Notes: generated by a model not told the origin, from the letters alone. A stretch of DNA of 63,978 bases, filler included, from Candidatus Woesearchaeota archaeon (GCA_018399355.1; 6 parts of 6 records of this genome joined end to end with filler, not necessarily neighbours in it), one strand, 5' to 3'. Positions 47,602 to 58,200 are shown, numbered from the whole stretch's first letter. Translations and numbers: made by a program.

Positions 47602-47625
47602 TATTTATAAATTTTTCTGTTTTAA

Positions 47626-47725
47626 NNNNNNNNNNNNNNNNNNNNNNNNNNNNNNNNNNNNNNNNNNNNTTAATTAATTAANNNNNNNNNNNNNNNNNNN
47701 NNNNNNNNNNNNNNNNNNNNNNNNN
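47626..47725. other. Artificial contig spacer
   Basis: 44 N + TTAATTAATTAA + 44 N. Confidence 0.98.
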
Positions 47726-47759
47726 AATAATTTTGCTCCTTGAAAGAAGACAGAAATAA

Positions 47760-47996
47760 CTACTTTTCAGATATTTCTAAAATCTTTTCTCTGCTCTTCA
47801 TTCCTTTTAATATTCTGACTTTTTTCTTTAGTGCTTTTGAAAGAAATTTCACAAGTTCAATATTTGCCTTATTTTCATGCGCAGGGGCCTTAACGTCAAT
47901 TCGATATGTCTTCTTTCCATCATCAAACTCAACAATCTTATTACAACTAGAATTAGGTTTCAAAATAACCCTGACATTGCCTTTCATTGCTTCCAT
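47760..47996 (-). CDS. DUF167/UPF0235 (YggU-like) protein
   Basis: V.LKPNS, VKAPAHENKANIELVKFLSK, GMKSREK; TGATG overlap with tfs. Confidence 0.88.
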   Translation of the reverse strand: MEAMKGNVRVILKPNSSCNKIVEFDDGKKTYRIDVKAPAHENKANIELVKFLSKALKKKVRILKGMKSREKILEISEK

Positions 47997-48316
47997 CAGC
48001 TGTAGTCTCGCCATACATGGCCGCACTTTGTGCATTTAAGGAATTTTGTTTCTGGTTCATCACCTGCCCTTGTCTGCAAAAGCCAGTAATAAGCTTTTTT
48101 GTTTTCACATTTCGGGCATTCTGCATCCATTACAGGAAGGCTTTTTGATGATTCATCACTTTCAACTATATCAATGTCTTTCGTATTCTTTGCTTTTTCA
48201 ACTATCTTTGCTTCTTGTAATTCCTTGTTCACATAGCTGCATCTCGGGCATGCCATTACTCTTTTTCCATCTACTTTTTTCGGCACAAGCAATGAGCCAC
48301 ATTTTGGACAAAACAT
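47996..48316 (-). CDS. tfs: Transcription factor S
   Basis: MFCPKCGS, CPKC...QTRAGDEPET.F.KCTKC. Confidence 0.95.
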   Translation of the reverse strand: MFCPKCGSLLVPKKVDGKRVMACPRCSYVNKELQEAKIVEKAKNTKDIDIVESDESSKSLPVMDAECPKCENKKAYYWLLQTRAGDEPETKFLKCTKCGHVWRDYS

Positions 48317-48325
48317 TTTTCACCT

Positions 48326-48925
48326 TTATTTACCAATAAATATATTTATGAAATCAACAAACCATATCTTTATGTATCCAAGATAAGGTATCTTAAACAC
48401 AGCCTTTCCAATAACCTGTTTTTCTGATATCCTTGTCTCATCAATGTCAAAATTGCTTATTGAGCTAGGATTATTATCCCCTTTTGTCTGGAAGTAATAT
48501 TCTCCGTATTCCTCCCATTTCCTTACAATCCTGTGTATTACTGGATCAGGCTGCCTCGCTTTAAACACAATAACATCGCCTACTTTTAAATCTTGCGGAG
48601 AAACACCTTTAAGTATTATTATATCTCCCTTGTTAAATCCATTTTTAAGGGTATAACTGTTGAATTCCTGCTTTGTTATGTCCTCATTTTCATACCACTC
48701 ACGGTTTATATCCCACCAATTATCAAAGTCCAACTTATTATGCTCCATACTTTCACTCACAACAGCGACTATAGGATATCCTGTTCCAAGCATAAGCCCA
48801 AGCCCTGGATAAACTATAAACTTAATCAAGATGAATGCTAAAATTATATTGACAATCCAGCTCCATATACTATTGTCTTCCCATATAAAATACCATATTT
48901 TTTTCCATATACTCCTTTTATCCAT
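48326..48925 (-). CDS. Signal peptidase I (Sec11/SPC18 type)
   Basis: N-terminal TM, VVSESMEH, GDVIVF, PVIHRIV, TKGDNN, IPYLGY. Confidence 0.92.
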   Translation of the reverse strand: MDKRSIWKKIWYFIWEDNSIWSWIVNIILAFILIKFIVYPGLGLMLGTGYPIVAVVSESMEHNKLDFDNWWDINREWYENEDITKQEFNSYTLKNGFNKGDIIILKGVSPQDLKVGDVIVFKARQPDPVIHRIVRKWEEYGEYYFQTKGDNNPSSISNFDIDETRISEKQVIGKAVFKIPYLGYIKIWFVDFINIFIGK

Positions 48926-49007
48926 TGTAATTGGTTTTAAGGCATTCAAATAAAAAACTATCGTTTTTACAAATAGTTATTTATACAAGAACTCATTTGT
49001 TTAAAAT

Positions 49008-50021
49008 ATGGATAAATGTTGTAATTGCGGTAAAAACAATGTATTTTTGGAGGGGCTTTGCAAAAAATGCTATAATGAAAAGAATCCATTAGTTGTTTCA
49101 TTTAAGCCCGTTAAGATACTTGTATGCTTTGGATGCAAAAAATATTTCTTAAAGGGAAAGTGGACAGGATTCAGGAAAATAGAGGAAATGGCAAAAAAAG
49201 TTCTTCAGGACAGGATAATCTTTAATGAAAAAGCAGACATAAGCTCTTTTAAAATTCAAACAATCATACCAAAACACAGCATAGGTCAAAATGTAAAAGT
49301 TGACTTTAAGGCAATTCTGACCGTTTTTGGAGTTTACAAAGGCAAATCAAATTCAATAAAAGAAGAATATGAGATGAAATCAAGAATAATTTACATACTC
49401 TGCCCAAGATGCAGCAAATTCAAAAGCGGATATTTTGAGGGAATATTGCAGTTAAGAGATGTTGATCAAGATGTTATTGATTATGCACTTGAAAAATTAA
49501 AGCAAAGCGAGAAAAGAGGAATATTTCTTTCAAAAAAGAAAAAAGTAAAAAACGGCCTTGATTTGTATTTAACAAAGAAAGGCTACATCCATGAGCTTGG
49601 CCAGGAGCTTTTAAAGAAATTCGGCGGAGAGAAAAAAGCGAGCAGAAAGCTTTTTTCAAGGAACAAACAGACCAGCAGAGATATTTATCGCATTAATGTA
49701 CTTTTCAGACAGTCAAAATTCAGAAAAGGTGATATTATAAGCATTGATGGAGAGCCATTTAAGGTTAGCGATATAACAAGCAGGATTAAAATTAAAAGCC
49801 TTAAAACAGGCAATATAAGCTCTTTTTTTTTAAAAGATATACATGCTAAAAATAGCGAAGAGGTAAAAGAAACAGTTGTTTCATCTGTTTTCCCTGAGTT
49901 AAAAATTATTAATCCATACACATTTCAGGCAGAAAAGCCGGCAAACTATAAAGACAAAAATTTCAAGATAGGAGAAAAAATTAAGGTTGTTGTTGTTAAT
50001 GAAAAAATCTGGATAGTTTAA
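49008..50021 (+). CDS. nmd3: Nmd3-family ribosome biogenesis protein
   Basis: Four CxxC pairs; GYFEGILQLR. Confidence 0.88.
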   Translation: MDKCCNCGKNNVFLEGLCKKCYNEKNPLVVSFKPVKILVCFGCKKYFLKGKWTGFRKIEEMAKKVLQDRIIFNEKADISSFKIQTIIPKHSIGQNVKVDFKAILTVFGVYKGKSNSIKEEYEMKSRIIYILCPRCSKFKSGYFEGILQLRDVDQDVIDYALEKLKQSEKRGIFLSKKKKVKNGLDLYLTKKGYIHELGQELLKKFGGEKKASRKLFSRNKQTSRDIYRINVLFRQSKFRKGDIISIDGEPFKVSDITSRIKIKSLKTGNISSFFLKDIHAKNSEEVKETVVSSVFPELKIINPYTFQAEKPANYKDKNFKIGEKIKVVVVNEKIWIV

Positions 50022-50611
50022 AAATATATTCTTAGAAGATGCATTACAGTCCCTGCAACCAATGGAACTGTTATATTATCATCAACTATCCTTTCCTGCA
50101 TCTTTATTTCAATTGTTTCTGCTGCCATTGCTGTAAATGATGCAACAAAGGCATATAAAGGGCTTACAAAAAACATTGCCCCAATAAATCCTGCAATAGC
50201 CCCTGCAACATTTCCTTCTATTGACTTAAGGCAGTTAAGCGGATTTTTTCTTCTGCCTATGTGCCATCCAACTAAATGGGAAAATGAATCCCCAAATGTA
50301 AGTATCATTATTGATGCCAATGCAATGTTTTTTTCAAAAAGCTGCAATACAAGAAGGCATCCAATAAAAAAAGCTATTGTCCCTCTGCCAGGAAATTTAT
50401 CTATTGTTTCTTTCCTTTCAAATATATTCAAAAATTGCTGTATGACAGGTATTTTGTATTTTTTGCTTAAAATAGAAAGAATTATTCCTGCTATTAATAC
50501 AATAAAAATAATTAATGAGTTTATTATGTTATAGTTTAGTAAAGCAACAATTGTCAATCCAAGACATATATGGAATGCCTGCCTTCTTATCTCGAATTTG
50601 TTAATTTCCAT
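50018..50611 (-). CDS. Dolichol/phytol kinase-like (CTP-transferase family) membrane protein
   Basis: RRQAFHI, FGDSFSHLVG, KSIEG, DDNITVP. Confidence 0.85.
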   Translation of the reverse strand: MEINKFEIRRQAFHICLGLTIVALLNYNIINSLIIFIVLIAGIILSILSKKYKIPVIQQFLNIFERKETIDKFPGRGTIAFFIGCLLVLQLFEKNIALASIMILTFGDSFSHLVGWHIGRRKNPLNCLKSIEGNVAGAIAGFIGAMFFVSPLYAFVASFTAMAAETIEIKMQERIVDDNITVPLVAGTVMHLLRIYF

Positions 50612-51144
50612 TTTCTTTTCTTTAAGCTTATTACAAACATACTTGTGAAATACCCTATTAAAGCGCCCGCTACTATATCACTCAGATGATGAACTCCTAT
50701 ATAAATCCTGCTGAATGCTATTAAAAACACAAAAATTACCCAAATCAATTTTCCTTTCGGATGCTCTTTTATTAATATGGGAAGCATTGCGAATGCAACT
50801 GCAGCATGGGTGCTTGGAAATGAATAATCATTGAATCCAAGCAAAAAGATCATCTCTATGCTGTTTGGCCTAGGTCTTGCAAAAGCGAACTTAAGAATGT
50901 AGGTTATTAAATAAGCAGCTGTTGTGCTTATGAAAAAAGGAAAAACCCATTCCAGCTTTTTTTTGCTGATTAAGATTATTGCAATTATTATCAAGGCTAT
51001 AGCTGCTATTGAAAATAAGTTTACAAAAAGATGCGAAACGTAATCAAAAACAGGATTTTCAATAAAAGGAATTAACTGAAATGTTAAATTATCAAGCAGA
51101 AAGGCAAAAGCAACTATTACAAATGAAATTATTATTTTTTTTAT
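50587..51144 (-). CDS. PAP2-family phosphatase; start codon uncertain
   Basis: KFAFARPRP, SFPSTHA, SRIYIGVHHLSDI; frame open and hydrophobic upstream to ATA at 51144. Confidence 0.8.
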   Translation of the reverse strand: MKKIIISFVIVAFAFLLDNLTFQLIPFIENPVFDYVSHLFVNLFSIAAIALIIIAIILISKKKLEWVFPFFISTTAAYLITYILKFAFARPRPNSIEMIFLLGFNDYSFPSTHAAVAFAMLPILIKEHPKGKLIWVIFVFLIAFSRIYIGVHHLSDIVAGALIGYFTSMFVISLKKRKWKLTNSR

Positions 51145-51602
51145 GTTGTGAATCGTAAAACACCTGTGCTTAATATTGTTACAATTATGCCTGCTATCAG
51201 CACCCCAATGATATTTGCTATTATGAACTTTTTGAATTTTAAGCCGAGTATGTATGCCCCTAATGCGCCAGTATAAACTCCTGAGCCTGGAAGAGGAATG
51301 CCTATGAATATTGCAACTCCTATTTCGCCGTATTTTTCAACATAGCCATGTATCTTTTTTTGGGTCCTCAACACTATTTTCCTGTATGGGATCTCAATTA
51401 TCTTGAATCTTAAAAAGAAATTGATGAATTTGTCAAGCATGAGGTAAACTAAAATACCTAAAAGCATATTTGCTATGACACAGACTATGAAAACAGTGGG
51501 CCAAGCAATCTTTAAGATATTTATGCCATAGGGTATGCTGGCCCTAAGCTCAAGAAAAGGAAGCATTGTTATAAGTATAAGATAGGCTATCTGATTGAAC
51601 AT
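51141..51602 (-). CDS. COG2426 small multidrug-export-like membrane protein
   Basis: LPFLELRASIP, FIGIPLPGSGVYTG. Confidence 0.85.
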   Translation of the reverse strand: MFNQIAYLILITMLPFLELRASIPYGINILKIAWPTVFIVCVIANMLLGILVYLMLDKFINFFLRFKIIEIPYRKIVLRTQKKIHGYVEKYGEIGVAIFIGIPLPGSGVYTGALGAYILGLKFKKFIIANIIGVLIAGIIVTILSTGVLRFTT

Positions 51603-51637
51603 CTTTTTTAAAAAAAATAAGAAATATATAAAGGTTA

Positions 51638-54589
51638 TTAAATAACTGAAGCACTTAATGTTGTTTGTCCGCTTCCACAATAGCACTCATTTGTTTCTGT
51701 GTCACATAAAGGAGTGTCTTGTCCGACAACCTGGGGACATACTATTCCTTCACAATCCTCATCTGATTCACATGTTATAATTTCATTACCTTCTCCACTT
51801 TCTTCTTCGCAGTCATTATCATTTTCTGCATTACATCCAGGAGGACATTTTCCATCATTATCAAGACATAAATCATTGATAAAATATGTTCCCTTGCATT
51901 CTCCATTTTCAAAATCTCCTCCTTCAGTGTTGCATTCCCATTCCATGTTTTGGTTGAGTTCACATGAAACTTCTCCAGAACTGTAACTTCCCTGCTTCCA
52001 TTTTTCCAGCATTTCTGTTAAATCCGGCTCATCAAACCTGCATTCACCGTCTCTTCCCTCAAGAGCATCATAAATCTCATTTTGCTCATCAACTGTTTCT
52101 TGGGATATTTCTTCAGGAAACTCTAAATTAATGCTTTCTGTTTTTATGTAGAAGATACATTTTTCATCCTCAACACCCTTTATTTTGTAGGTGTAATTAT
52201 TTTTATGAAGAACTCCTAATATATTCACTTCAATATTATTATCCATCTCTGCAGGAATACATTCTTTTGATGCATCTATAAAGCAGTCGAAATCCTTTCC
52301 ACAGTCAATAGGACCCTGTTCATTATTGTCATCATCTTCAATATTTTCTCCTGGATGCGTTATTGTTATATCATTTAAATTTTCTCCGCTCACTACAACT
52401 TCTTGTCCTTCAAGGCCATATTCCTTGTAGTTTGCAAGCACCTTAGATGCAATCCTTGTTCTTAGTCCATCATTGCCGGCCACAAGTAATATAACCTTAT
52501 CTTCTTGGCCTTCTAATTCCTGGAATAATTTTATCTTTGCTTTTCCTTCCTCAAATCCATTTGTGCATTCTGCTTGATTTGCTGTTAAACCTAATAATTC
52601 TGCAGCTGCATTGTTTACGCATGGACCTCCAATAATTATTGTATTTTGAGAGTATATATTGGCAAGTTCAGTATCAAGTATTGCTGGAGGAATTTCAATT
52701 TGTTTATCATCACTTGTATCCCCTAATGATGAAAGAATGTCTGTTGCAGCAATTGTATCATCTGCTCTTGCGTTTACTCCAATAACCATGACAAAATTGG
52801 CTATGTTACTTTCTATAAAAGGATATGGGTAATCTGATAAGTCAACAGGTCTTTTTGTTTCCTGTTCTGGCATGCAGCACCTGCTCCAGAAAGGGCATAA
52901 ATAATCTTCTGTATAAATCTCTTGGTTTCTACATCCAAACAAAAACCTGCATTTGCCTCCCATCTCCTCACATGTTGTTTCTTCCTCTTCTTCAATGTTT
53001 TCAGGATGATACCAAACATTTAGGTATGCATCATCAAATCTTTTTTGGCCTATCTGATTTTCATCCTGTGCTTTAAGCAAAACACCTGACTTGTATTCTA
53101 TCAGATAATCCATTATTGAGGTTATATCAAAACTGTATTCTTTGTTTTCATTAATATCATTTGATGCAACAATAAATTCATCATATCTTGGAATATCATT
53201 CCATTTAACTTTATCAGGTGTCCAATCTTGAGTTACTCTATGAAGAGTTACTTTTTGATTCCCTGCATCTTCCATTTCTATGAGAGGAACATTGTTTATT
53301 ACAAGCTCTGCTTTTATTATTTCAAGGTTTTCAATATCACTTAATTCAAAATTTATCAGCGACCTTACTCTTTCTTCAGTAGGATGAACTCCTGTATAAA
53401 AGGCTATATCCCTATCATAATTTTCATCTGGAAATCTTTCATTAAGCATAAAATATTTTCCTTTTATTTTCATGGTTTCTGTTCCCTCAAGACTAATTGT
53501 TTCTTCTTGACAGTCTTCTGGGCAGTTGCATTCGTTTTCTCCTAAGCCACAGTTGCCATCTCCACAGTTTGTACATACAAATCCACTTCTGGAAACTATG
53601 CATCCTTCATCGTTGGAGGGATATGCATTTTTTACTTTTTCTAGTCCCTCACAACAGACATCATTGTTAGGATCTCCATCAAAAGTAGAACCTTCCTCAC
53701 CTTCTTTAACACAATTAACAACATTAGTTGGAAGACAATCTCCGTTTTCATTGCATTCATCTTCTCCTTCGCCCTGCATAACAATACATTTACCATCTGA
53801 GCACATTTTGTATGTTTCCTGTGTTTGGGGTTCGCCACTTGGATTATAATTATCATCAGGCCATATATACCCATAGCATTTTTTATTCTCATCTTCGCAT
53901 GTGTATTGTGGAAGTTCTGTGTATCTTGAGCAGGTTCTGCTTTCACGGCATACAATCAAATCATATTTTCTTTTGACTTCTGGACTTACACTATCCATAT
54001 TACAAGGGATTTCTTTTACTTCATCAACTTCTCCCTCTCCTGTTTCATCTTCATCAATATTTTCTTCTTCATCTTCTGTTACTTCTTTTTTGCAACAGCA
54101 CCATCCATCTTTTACATTTCCGAAAATATTTTTTTCTTCACATGTTGATGATGATTTTACTGGATAAAATATTCCACAAGGCCAAAATGTATGACAAGTG
54201 CATCCTTCTGGGCAGGTTTTAAGGGAATCATCATTGCTTCCTTCATTAACTTGTTCATTATCCTCTTCGCAACCTTCATCAATTCTTCCGTCGCAATCAT
54301 TATCTATCCCATCACAAACCTCGGGTTCTGGGATACATGTTTCTTCTTCAGGAGGTGATGCTGGTTCATCCGGAGGATTATCAGGATCTTGTTCTGTTAT
54401 TTGAGTTTCTTCCTTGCAGCAATAGTTCCTCATCTTAAGTAAACCGCATCTCCCATCTTGTTCATACTCACCTGCACAGGCCCCAAACTTGCATACACAA
54501 TCCTCTGCAAGAACACTGGGTGTTATTATTCCAAGAACAAAAATTCCAGCTAAAAAAATAAAGAACATCTTTCTTATCTTAATTTCCAT
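51638..54589 (-). CDS. Large secreted Cys-rich mosaic surface protein with DNRLRE-like and S-layer modules
   Basis: Signal peptide; EVCDGIDNDCDGRIDEGC; CGDGNC...NCPEDC; RSLINFELS...LHRVTQDW...FDIT; DLSDYPYPF...IIIGGPCVN; IDCGKDFDCF. Confidence 0.8.
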   Translation of the reverse strand: MEIKIRKMFFIFLAGIFVLGIITPSVLAEDCVCKFGACAGEYEQDGRCGLLKMRNYCCKEETQITEQDPDNPPDEPASPPEEETCIPEPEVCDGIDNDCDGRIDEGCEEDNEQVNEGSNDDSLKTCPEGCTCHTFWPCGIFYPVKSSSTCEEKNIFGNVKDGWCCCKKEVTEDEEENIDEDETGEGEVDEVKEIPCNMDSVSPEVKRKYDLIVCRESRTCSRYTELPQYTCEDENKKCYGYIWPDDNYNPSGEPQTQETYKMCSDGKCIVMQGEGEDECNENGDCLPTNVVNCVKEGEEGSTFDGDPNNDVCCEGLEKVKNAYPSNDEGCIVSRSGFVCTNCGDGNCGLGENECNCPEDCQEETISLEGTETMKIKGKYFMLNERFPDENYDRDIAFYTGVHPTEERVRSLINFELSDIENLEIIKAELVINNVPLIEMEDAGNQKVTLHRVTQDWTPDKVKWNDIPRYDEFIVASNDINENKEYSFDITSIMDYLIEYKSGVLLKAQDENQIGQKRFDDAYLNVWYHPENIEEEEETTCEEMGGKCRFLFGCRNQEIYTEDYLCPFWSRCCMPEQETKRPVDLSDYPYPFIESNIANFVMVIGVNARADDTIAATDILSSLGDTSDDKQIEIPPAILDTELANIYSQNTIIIGGPCVNNAAAELLGLTANQAECTNGFEEGKAKIKLFQELEGQEDKVILLVAGNDGLRTRIASKVLANYKEYGLEGQEVVVSGENLNDITITHPGENIEDDDNNEQGPIDCGKDFDCFIDASKECIPAEMDNNIEVNILGVLHKNNYTYKIKGVEDEKCIFYIKTESINLEFPEEISQETVDEQNEIYDALEGRDGECRFDEPDLTEMLEKWKQGSYSSGEVSCELNQNMEWECNTEGGDFENGECKGTYFINDLCLDNDGKCPPGCNAENDNDCEEESGEGNEIITCESDEDCEGIVCPQVVGQDTPLCDTETNECYCGSGQTTLSASVI

Positions 54590-54635
54590 TTACATCGCCT
54601 CTTGTTTTTTTGATTTAATTATAAGATGAATTTTA

Positions 54636-55124
54636 TCATGCCATGCCTACTGAAACACCATCACCCAGACCTTCCAGAGTTATCCTAAGTCTGTTGCCCG
54701 AAGGCTTAATGCATATGAAATTTTTGTTTTCTTCATTAACCTTTATCTTTCCAAGATTTATTGGGTCTATAGAGCCATCCCTGAAAATAAGAAAAAAATT
54801 GTTGTCTGTATCTTTTATAGAATCTTCTATTAAAGGATTATCACTGTTTATTGATTCATAAAGAGTGCCCTCTCCTTCTTGGAAAAAACAGACCTCAGTT
54901 ATTTTTGATGGAACAGTATATGTTTTTGTTTCAACAGAGCCATAATCTGAGCCCATGTTTTTAAAATCAGAATTAATTTTTGTCTTGAAATTTGCCATCT
55001 CAACCTGTTCAGACCTTTCAATTAAATCTTTCACAGCGTTATAACCAAATATAAGTATTGCCCCTGTTATCACAAGAGTGAGAATATAAACAAAAACCTG
55101 CCCCTGAATCTGCGCTTTCTTCAT
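54636..55124 (-). CDS. Type IV pilin-like protein (class III signal peptide)
   Basis: MKKA/QIQGQVFVYILTLVITGAILIFGY. Confidence 0.8.
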   Translation of the reverse strand: MKKAQIQGQVFVYILTLVITGAILIFGYNAVKDLIERSEQVEMANFKTKINSDFKNMGSDYGSVETKTYTVPSKITEVCFFQEGEGTLYESINSDNPLIEDSIKDTDNNFFLIFRDGSIDPINLGKIKVNEENKNFICIKPSGNRLRITLEGLGDGVSVGMA

Positions 55125-55166
55125 TTTATACCATTTTTGTATATTGGTATATTCTTTATTAATCCT

Positions 55167-56411
55167 TTAATATATAAAGATTTCTATTTTTTTTGCTTTT
55201 TCTTTTAGGTAAGGATCTTTTTTTATTACTTTCAAAAGCTCTCCCGGCTTTCTGTACTTCCTCTCAATCTCAGCGCATATTCTTTTTCCTTTTACAAATG
55301 CTTTCTTATGTTTTTTCTTGAAATCCTCTACATTATCTTTGCTTTTTAATGGAGGGCCAGTCCTAACTATATTTTCAGAAAGAGTTTCATCTTTAACTAT
55401 GAACCAAAAAAGAGCATCTTCTTTTTTGTCCCATTTCCATCCTTTTTCATAAACATTGAAATCATTTGAAACCAGTTTATTAAAAATATAATCAAAGGCC
55501 TTGAGCAATTTTGAGCCGACAACATCCTGCTTTCCCTTGACTGGCTTAACATTAACAAGAAGTAATTTTTTGCCTTTTGAGCTTTTCTTAAGTTCTTCAA
55601 CTGTAATTTCCCTTTTCCTGAAAAAACTTTCTGAAGGATTTTTTAAAAAATCTTCTGCTCTTTGCTTAAGCAATAAAAACTTTTCTTTGCTCAGAACAGC
55701 AGCAGCATTCCTTTCCGGTTGTATGGGGTCAATTACTATTAAAGAACTTATCTTTGATTTGTTTAATTCTTTCAGCGCCTTTCCCTTGTAATGGTTGTTG
55801 AAGTCAATAACATCATGTTCTTTCCATTTAACTGCGTTTTTTATTAAAGGCAAAAACCCCTTATAGTAAATAACCAGAATATCAATGACATGACCCGAAA
55901 ACCCCTTTACATAAGACTCAGCTCCATAAACATTTGCTGATTTGAAAAATGCCTTTGCCAGTCTTATTTCATCTGCCAGCTTAATATTTTTATTTATTTT
56001 TTTATTAACCCATTCAGCATGCAGCGGAGAACAGTCAGTTATATTCAACGCATCTTCAGCTTTTTTTATATCAAGAACAGGAATAATCTCAAAATTTATT
56101 CCGTTAACCTTAAAGTTAAAATAATCTCTTGAACCATGAATCCTTTCAACCTTGGAAAAATCTTCCAAAATCTTTTCAAGAATATTGGAAATATCTTTAT
56201 TTTTATAGGACATATCAAACTTTACAAATATATCGCAGTCATAGTCATCTTTCAAGAAAGTGCCTTTTGCAATAGAGCCGCCTAAAACAGCATTTGCCTT
56301 TATTTTTCTGTTTTTTATCTTGGAATTTATCTTTTCTTTTACAGCATTGCATTTATTAAGAACATCCTTTTGCGGTTTAATCTCTTCAATAACTCCTTTA
56401 AGCAATTTCAT
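55167..56411 (-). CDS. cca: Class I (archaeal) CCA-adding enzyme
   Basis: GGSIAKGTFL..DYDCDIF, VYGAESYVKGFSG, IDPIQPERNAAA. Confidence 0.92.
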   Translation of the reverse strand: MKLLKGVIEEIKPQKDVLNKCNAVKEKINSKIKNRKIKANAVLGGSIAKGTFLKDDYDCDIFVKFDMSYKNKDISNILEKILEDFSKVERIHGSRDYFNFKVNGINFEIIPVLDIKKAEDALNITDCSPLHAEWVNKKINKNIKLADEIRLAKAFFKSANVYGAESYVKGFSGHVIDILVIYYKGFLPLIKNAVKWKEHDVIDFNNHYKGKALKELNKSKISSLIVIDPIQPERNAAAVLSKEKFLLLKQRAEDFLKNPSESFFRKREITVEELKKSSKGKKLLLVNVKPVKGKQDVVGSKLLKAFDYIFNKLVSNDFNVYEKGWKWDKKEDALFWFIVKDETLSENIVRTGPPLKSKDNVEDFKKKHKKAFVKGKRICAEIERKYRKPGELLKVIKKDPYLKEKAKKIEIFIY

Positions 56412-56451
56412 GTACTGATTTAAACTTGCCCTCTATAAAAGCTTTATGTTT

Positions 56452-57543
56452 TTAAACAAGTCCGCCAAATACGCTTCCTATTATCGCAGAGAAGATGAAA
56501 AATAAAGTTATTGTGGTTGCTATAAACATAGGGATATATTTAACTCCTGCTTTTATCTCTCCTTTGCTTATTGTGGCTATTATTATTGATGAAAAAAAGG
56601 AAGTTATTATGAGGCATGTATAAGCAAATATTCTGAAATCATTCATTGAAACACCTGCTCCTGAAAAGCTAATTGAAAAGTTTGTTACTCCTGCAGGCAC
56701 ATCCATCTTTAGCATAAGATTATTTATTATGTCAAGGAGATAACTTGACAACGCAAAAAGCATTGGAGATGCAAATATGGTTGCAAAAGATATGAATATC
56801 ACATAAGTCATAACATTTGCAGCAAGTTCTTTTTTCATTATTTTTGATTCTTCAATGTCATTTGCAATCTTGTTGAGAAGTCCTCCTATCTCACCCCCTG
56901 CATTTATACCCTCTATAAGAAGATTTATTGAACGTTTTAAGGTTATTGAATCATATTTATTGGCAAATCTTTTCAATGCATCATCTAAATCTTCTCCACT
57001 CATAGTCTCTTTGGCAACAATCTCAATTTCATTTGCCAGAACTCCAAATTGGGGCCTTACAGCATACCACAATGCTCTATCAATAGGCATACCTGCCCTT
57101 ATATTCGCAGAAGTAAGCTGGAGAAAATCTGCGAGAACTTCCTCTATCCCAATTTTTCTTTTAAAAATTCTTAAATCAATTATTATATAAAATAATATCC
57201 ACAAACTTATAAGAACCACTGAAAATACTACAATCCAAACATAAAGCATTATGAGGGACAGATAAAAAAAACCTTCCTTTATATTGGTTGCAAACCAATA
57301 GATCATATAAAAAGATATTAGGAGGTTTATTACAATACAGATGTTAAATATAACCTTCGATACTTTTTTTGAGATAAAACTCATACCTGCTTTTTCAGTA
57401 TAGTATTTTAGCCTTGTACCATGATGCTCTGAAACCTTTTTTTTATTTTTCTTAGCATAAATCATGCGATACTCCTTTACCTTCTTCTCAGTATTCTCAT
57501 CTTTTTTCCCTATTTTATGAAAATTGAATAGTTTAAGTTTCAT
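56452..57543 (-). CDS. Type II secretion F-family (TadC-like) pilus platform protein
   Basis: LADFLQLTSANIRAGMPIDRAL, FGVLANEI, AGGEIGGLL. Confidence 0.88.
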   Translation of the reverse strand: MKLKLFNFHKIGKKDENTEKKVKEYRMIYAKKNKKKVSEHHGTRLKYYTEKAGMSFISKKVSKVIFNICIVINLLISFYMIYWFATNIKEGFFYLSLIMLYVWIVVFSVVLISLWILFYIIIDLRIFKRKIGIEEVLADFLQLTSANIRAGMPIDRALWYAVRPQFGVLANEIEIVAKETMSGEDLDDALKRFANKYDSITLKRSINLLIEGINAGGEIGGLLNKIANDIEESKIMKKELAANVMTYVIFISFATIFASPMLFALSSYLLDIINNLMLKMDVPAGVTNFSISFSGAGVSMNDFRIFAYTCLIITSFFSSIIIATISKGEIKAGVKYIPMFIATTITLFFIFSAIIGSVFGGLV

Positions 57544-58200
57544 ATTTCCACCGATGGCCTTGATGATTTTATTATTGAGAAGAACATAAATTGTATTAAT
57601 CCAAGACCGAAAGCTATTACCATCAGGGCAGCAAGATCAATATTTACAGATATAAATGTTGTAAGCACAATAAACATCGTTATTCCAAGTGAAGGAAGTA
57701 TCACTGCAATAACCATGAAAAACATTGCCAAGGGGTTAAGCTTTCTTCCATATTCCTTAACTTCTATTACCTGCTCCCTTGATATCTGGTCAAGTATGGT
57801 TGTCAAAGATTTTGATATGTCAGCTCCTGTTCTTAAAGAATTAAGAATCTGCCATAATACTTTTGTAAGGTTTGATGAAGGAGTTAATTCAATTGTTTCG
57901 TTTATTGCATCCTCCATTGATGTTCCCATAGAAACCCTGTCAATTATTTCCTTAAAATAACCCCCTATAACTTCATAATTCTTTGATACATTTATCATTG
58001 CATCATATAATGAAACCCCTGACTCAAGTTCTATTACCAAAAAACGACCTGCAAAAACAATCTCTTTACCTATCTCTTTACCCTTTCTCATTATTTTTAC
58101 ATCAGGCACCTTTATCATATAGTAAAACATAAATATATACATCAAAGGAAAGATAAAATATATAATTGTTGAAAGGGCTTCAAGCTGGGCTATTATAACA
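57540..58200 (-). CDS. Type II secretion F-family (TadB-like) protein, 5'-truncated
   Basis: ELESGVSLYDAM, GTSMEDA, LRTGADI; frame open to the contig edge. Confidence 0.85.
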
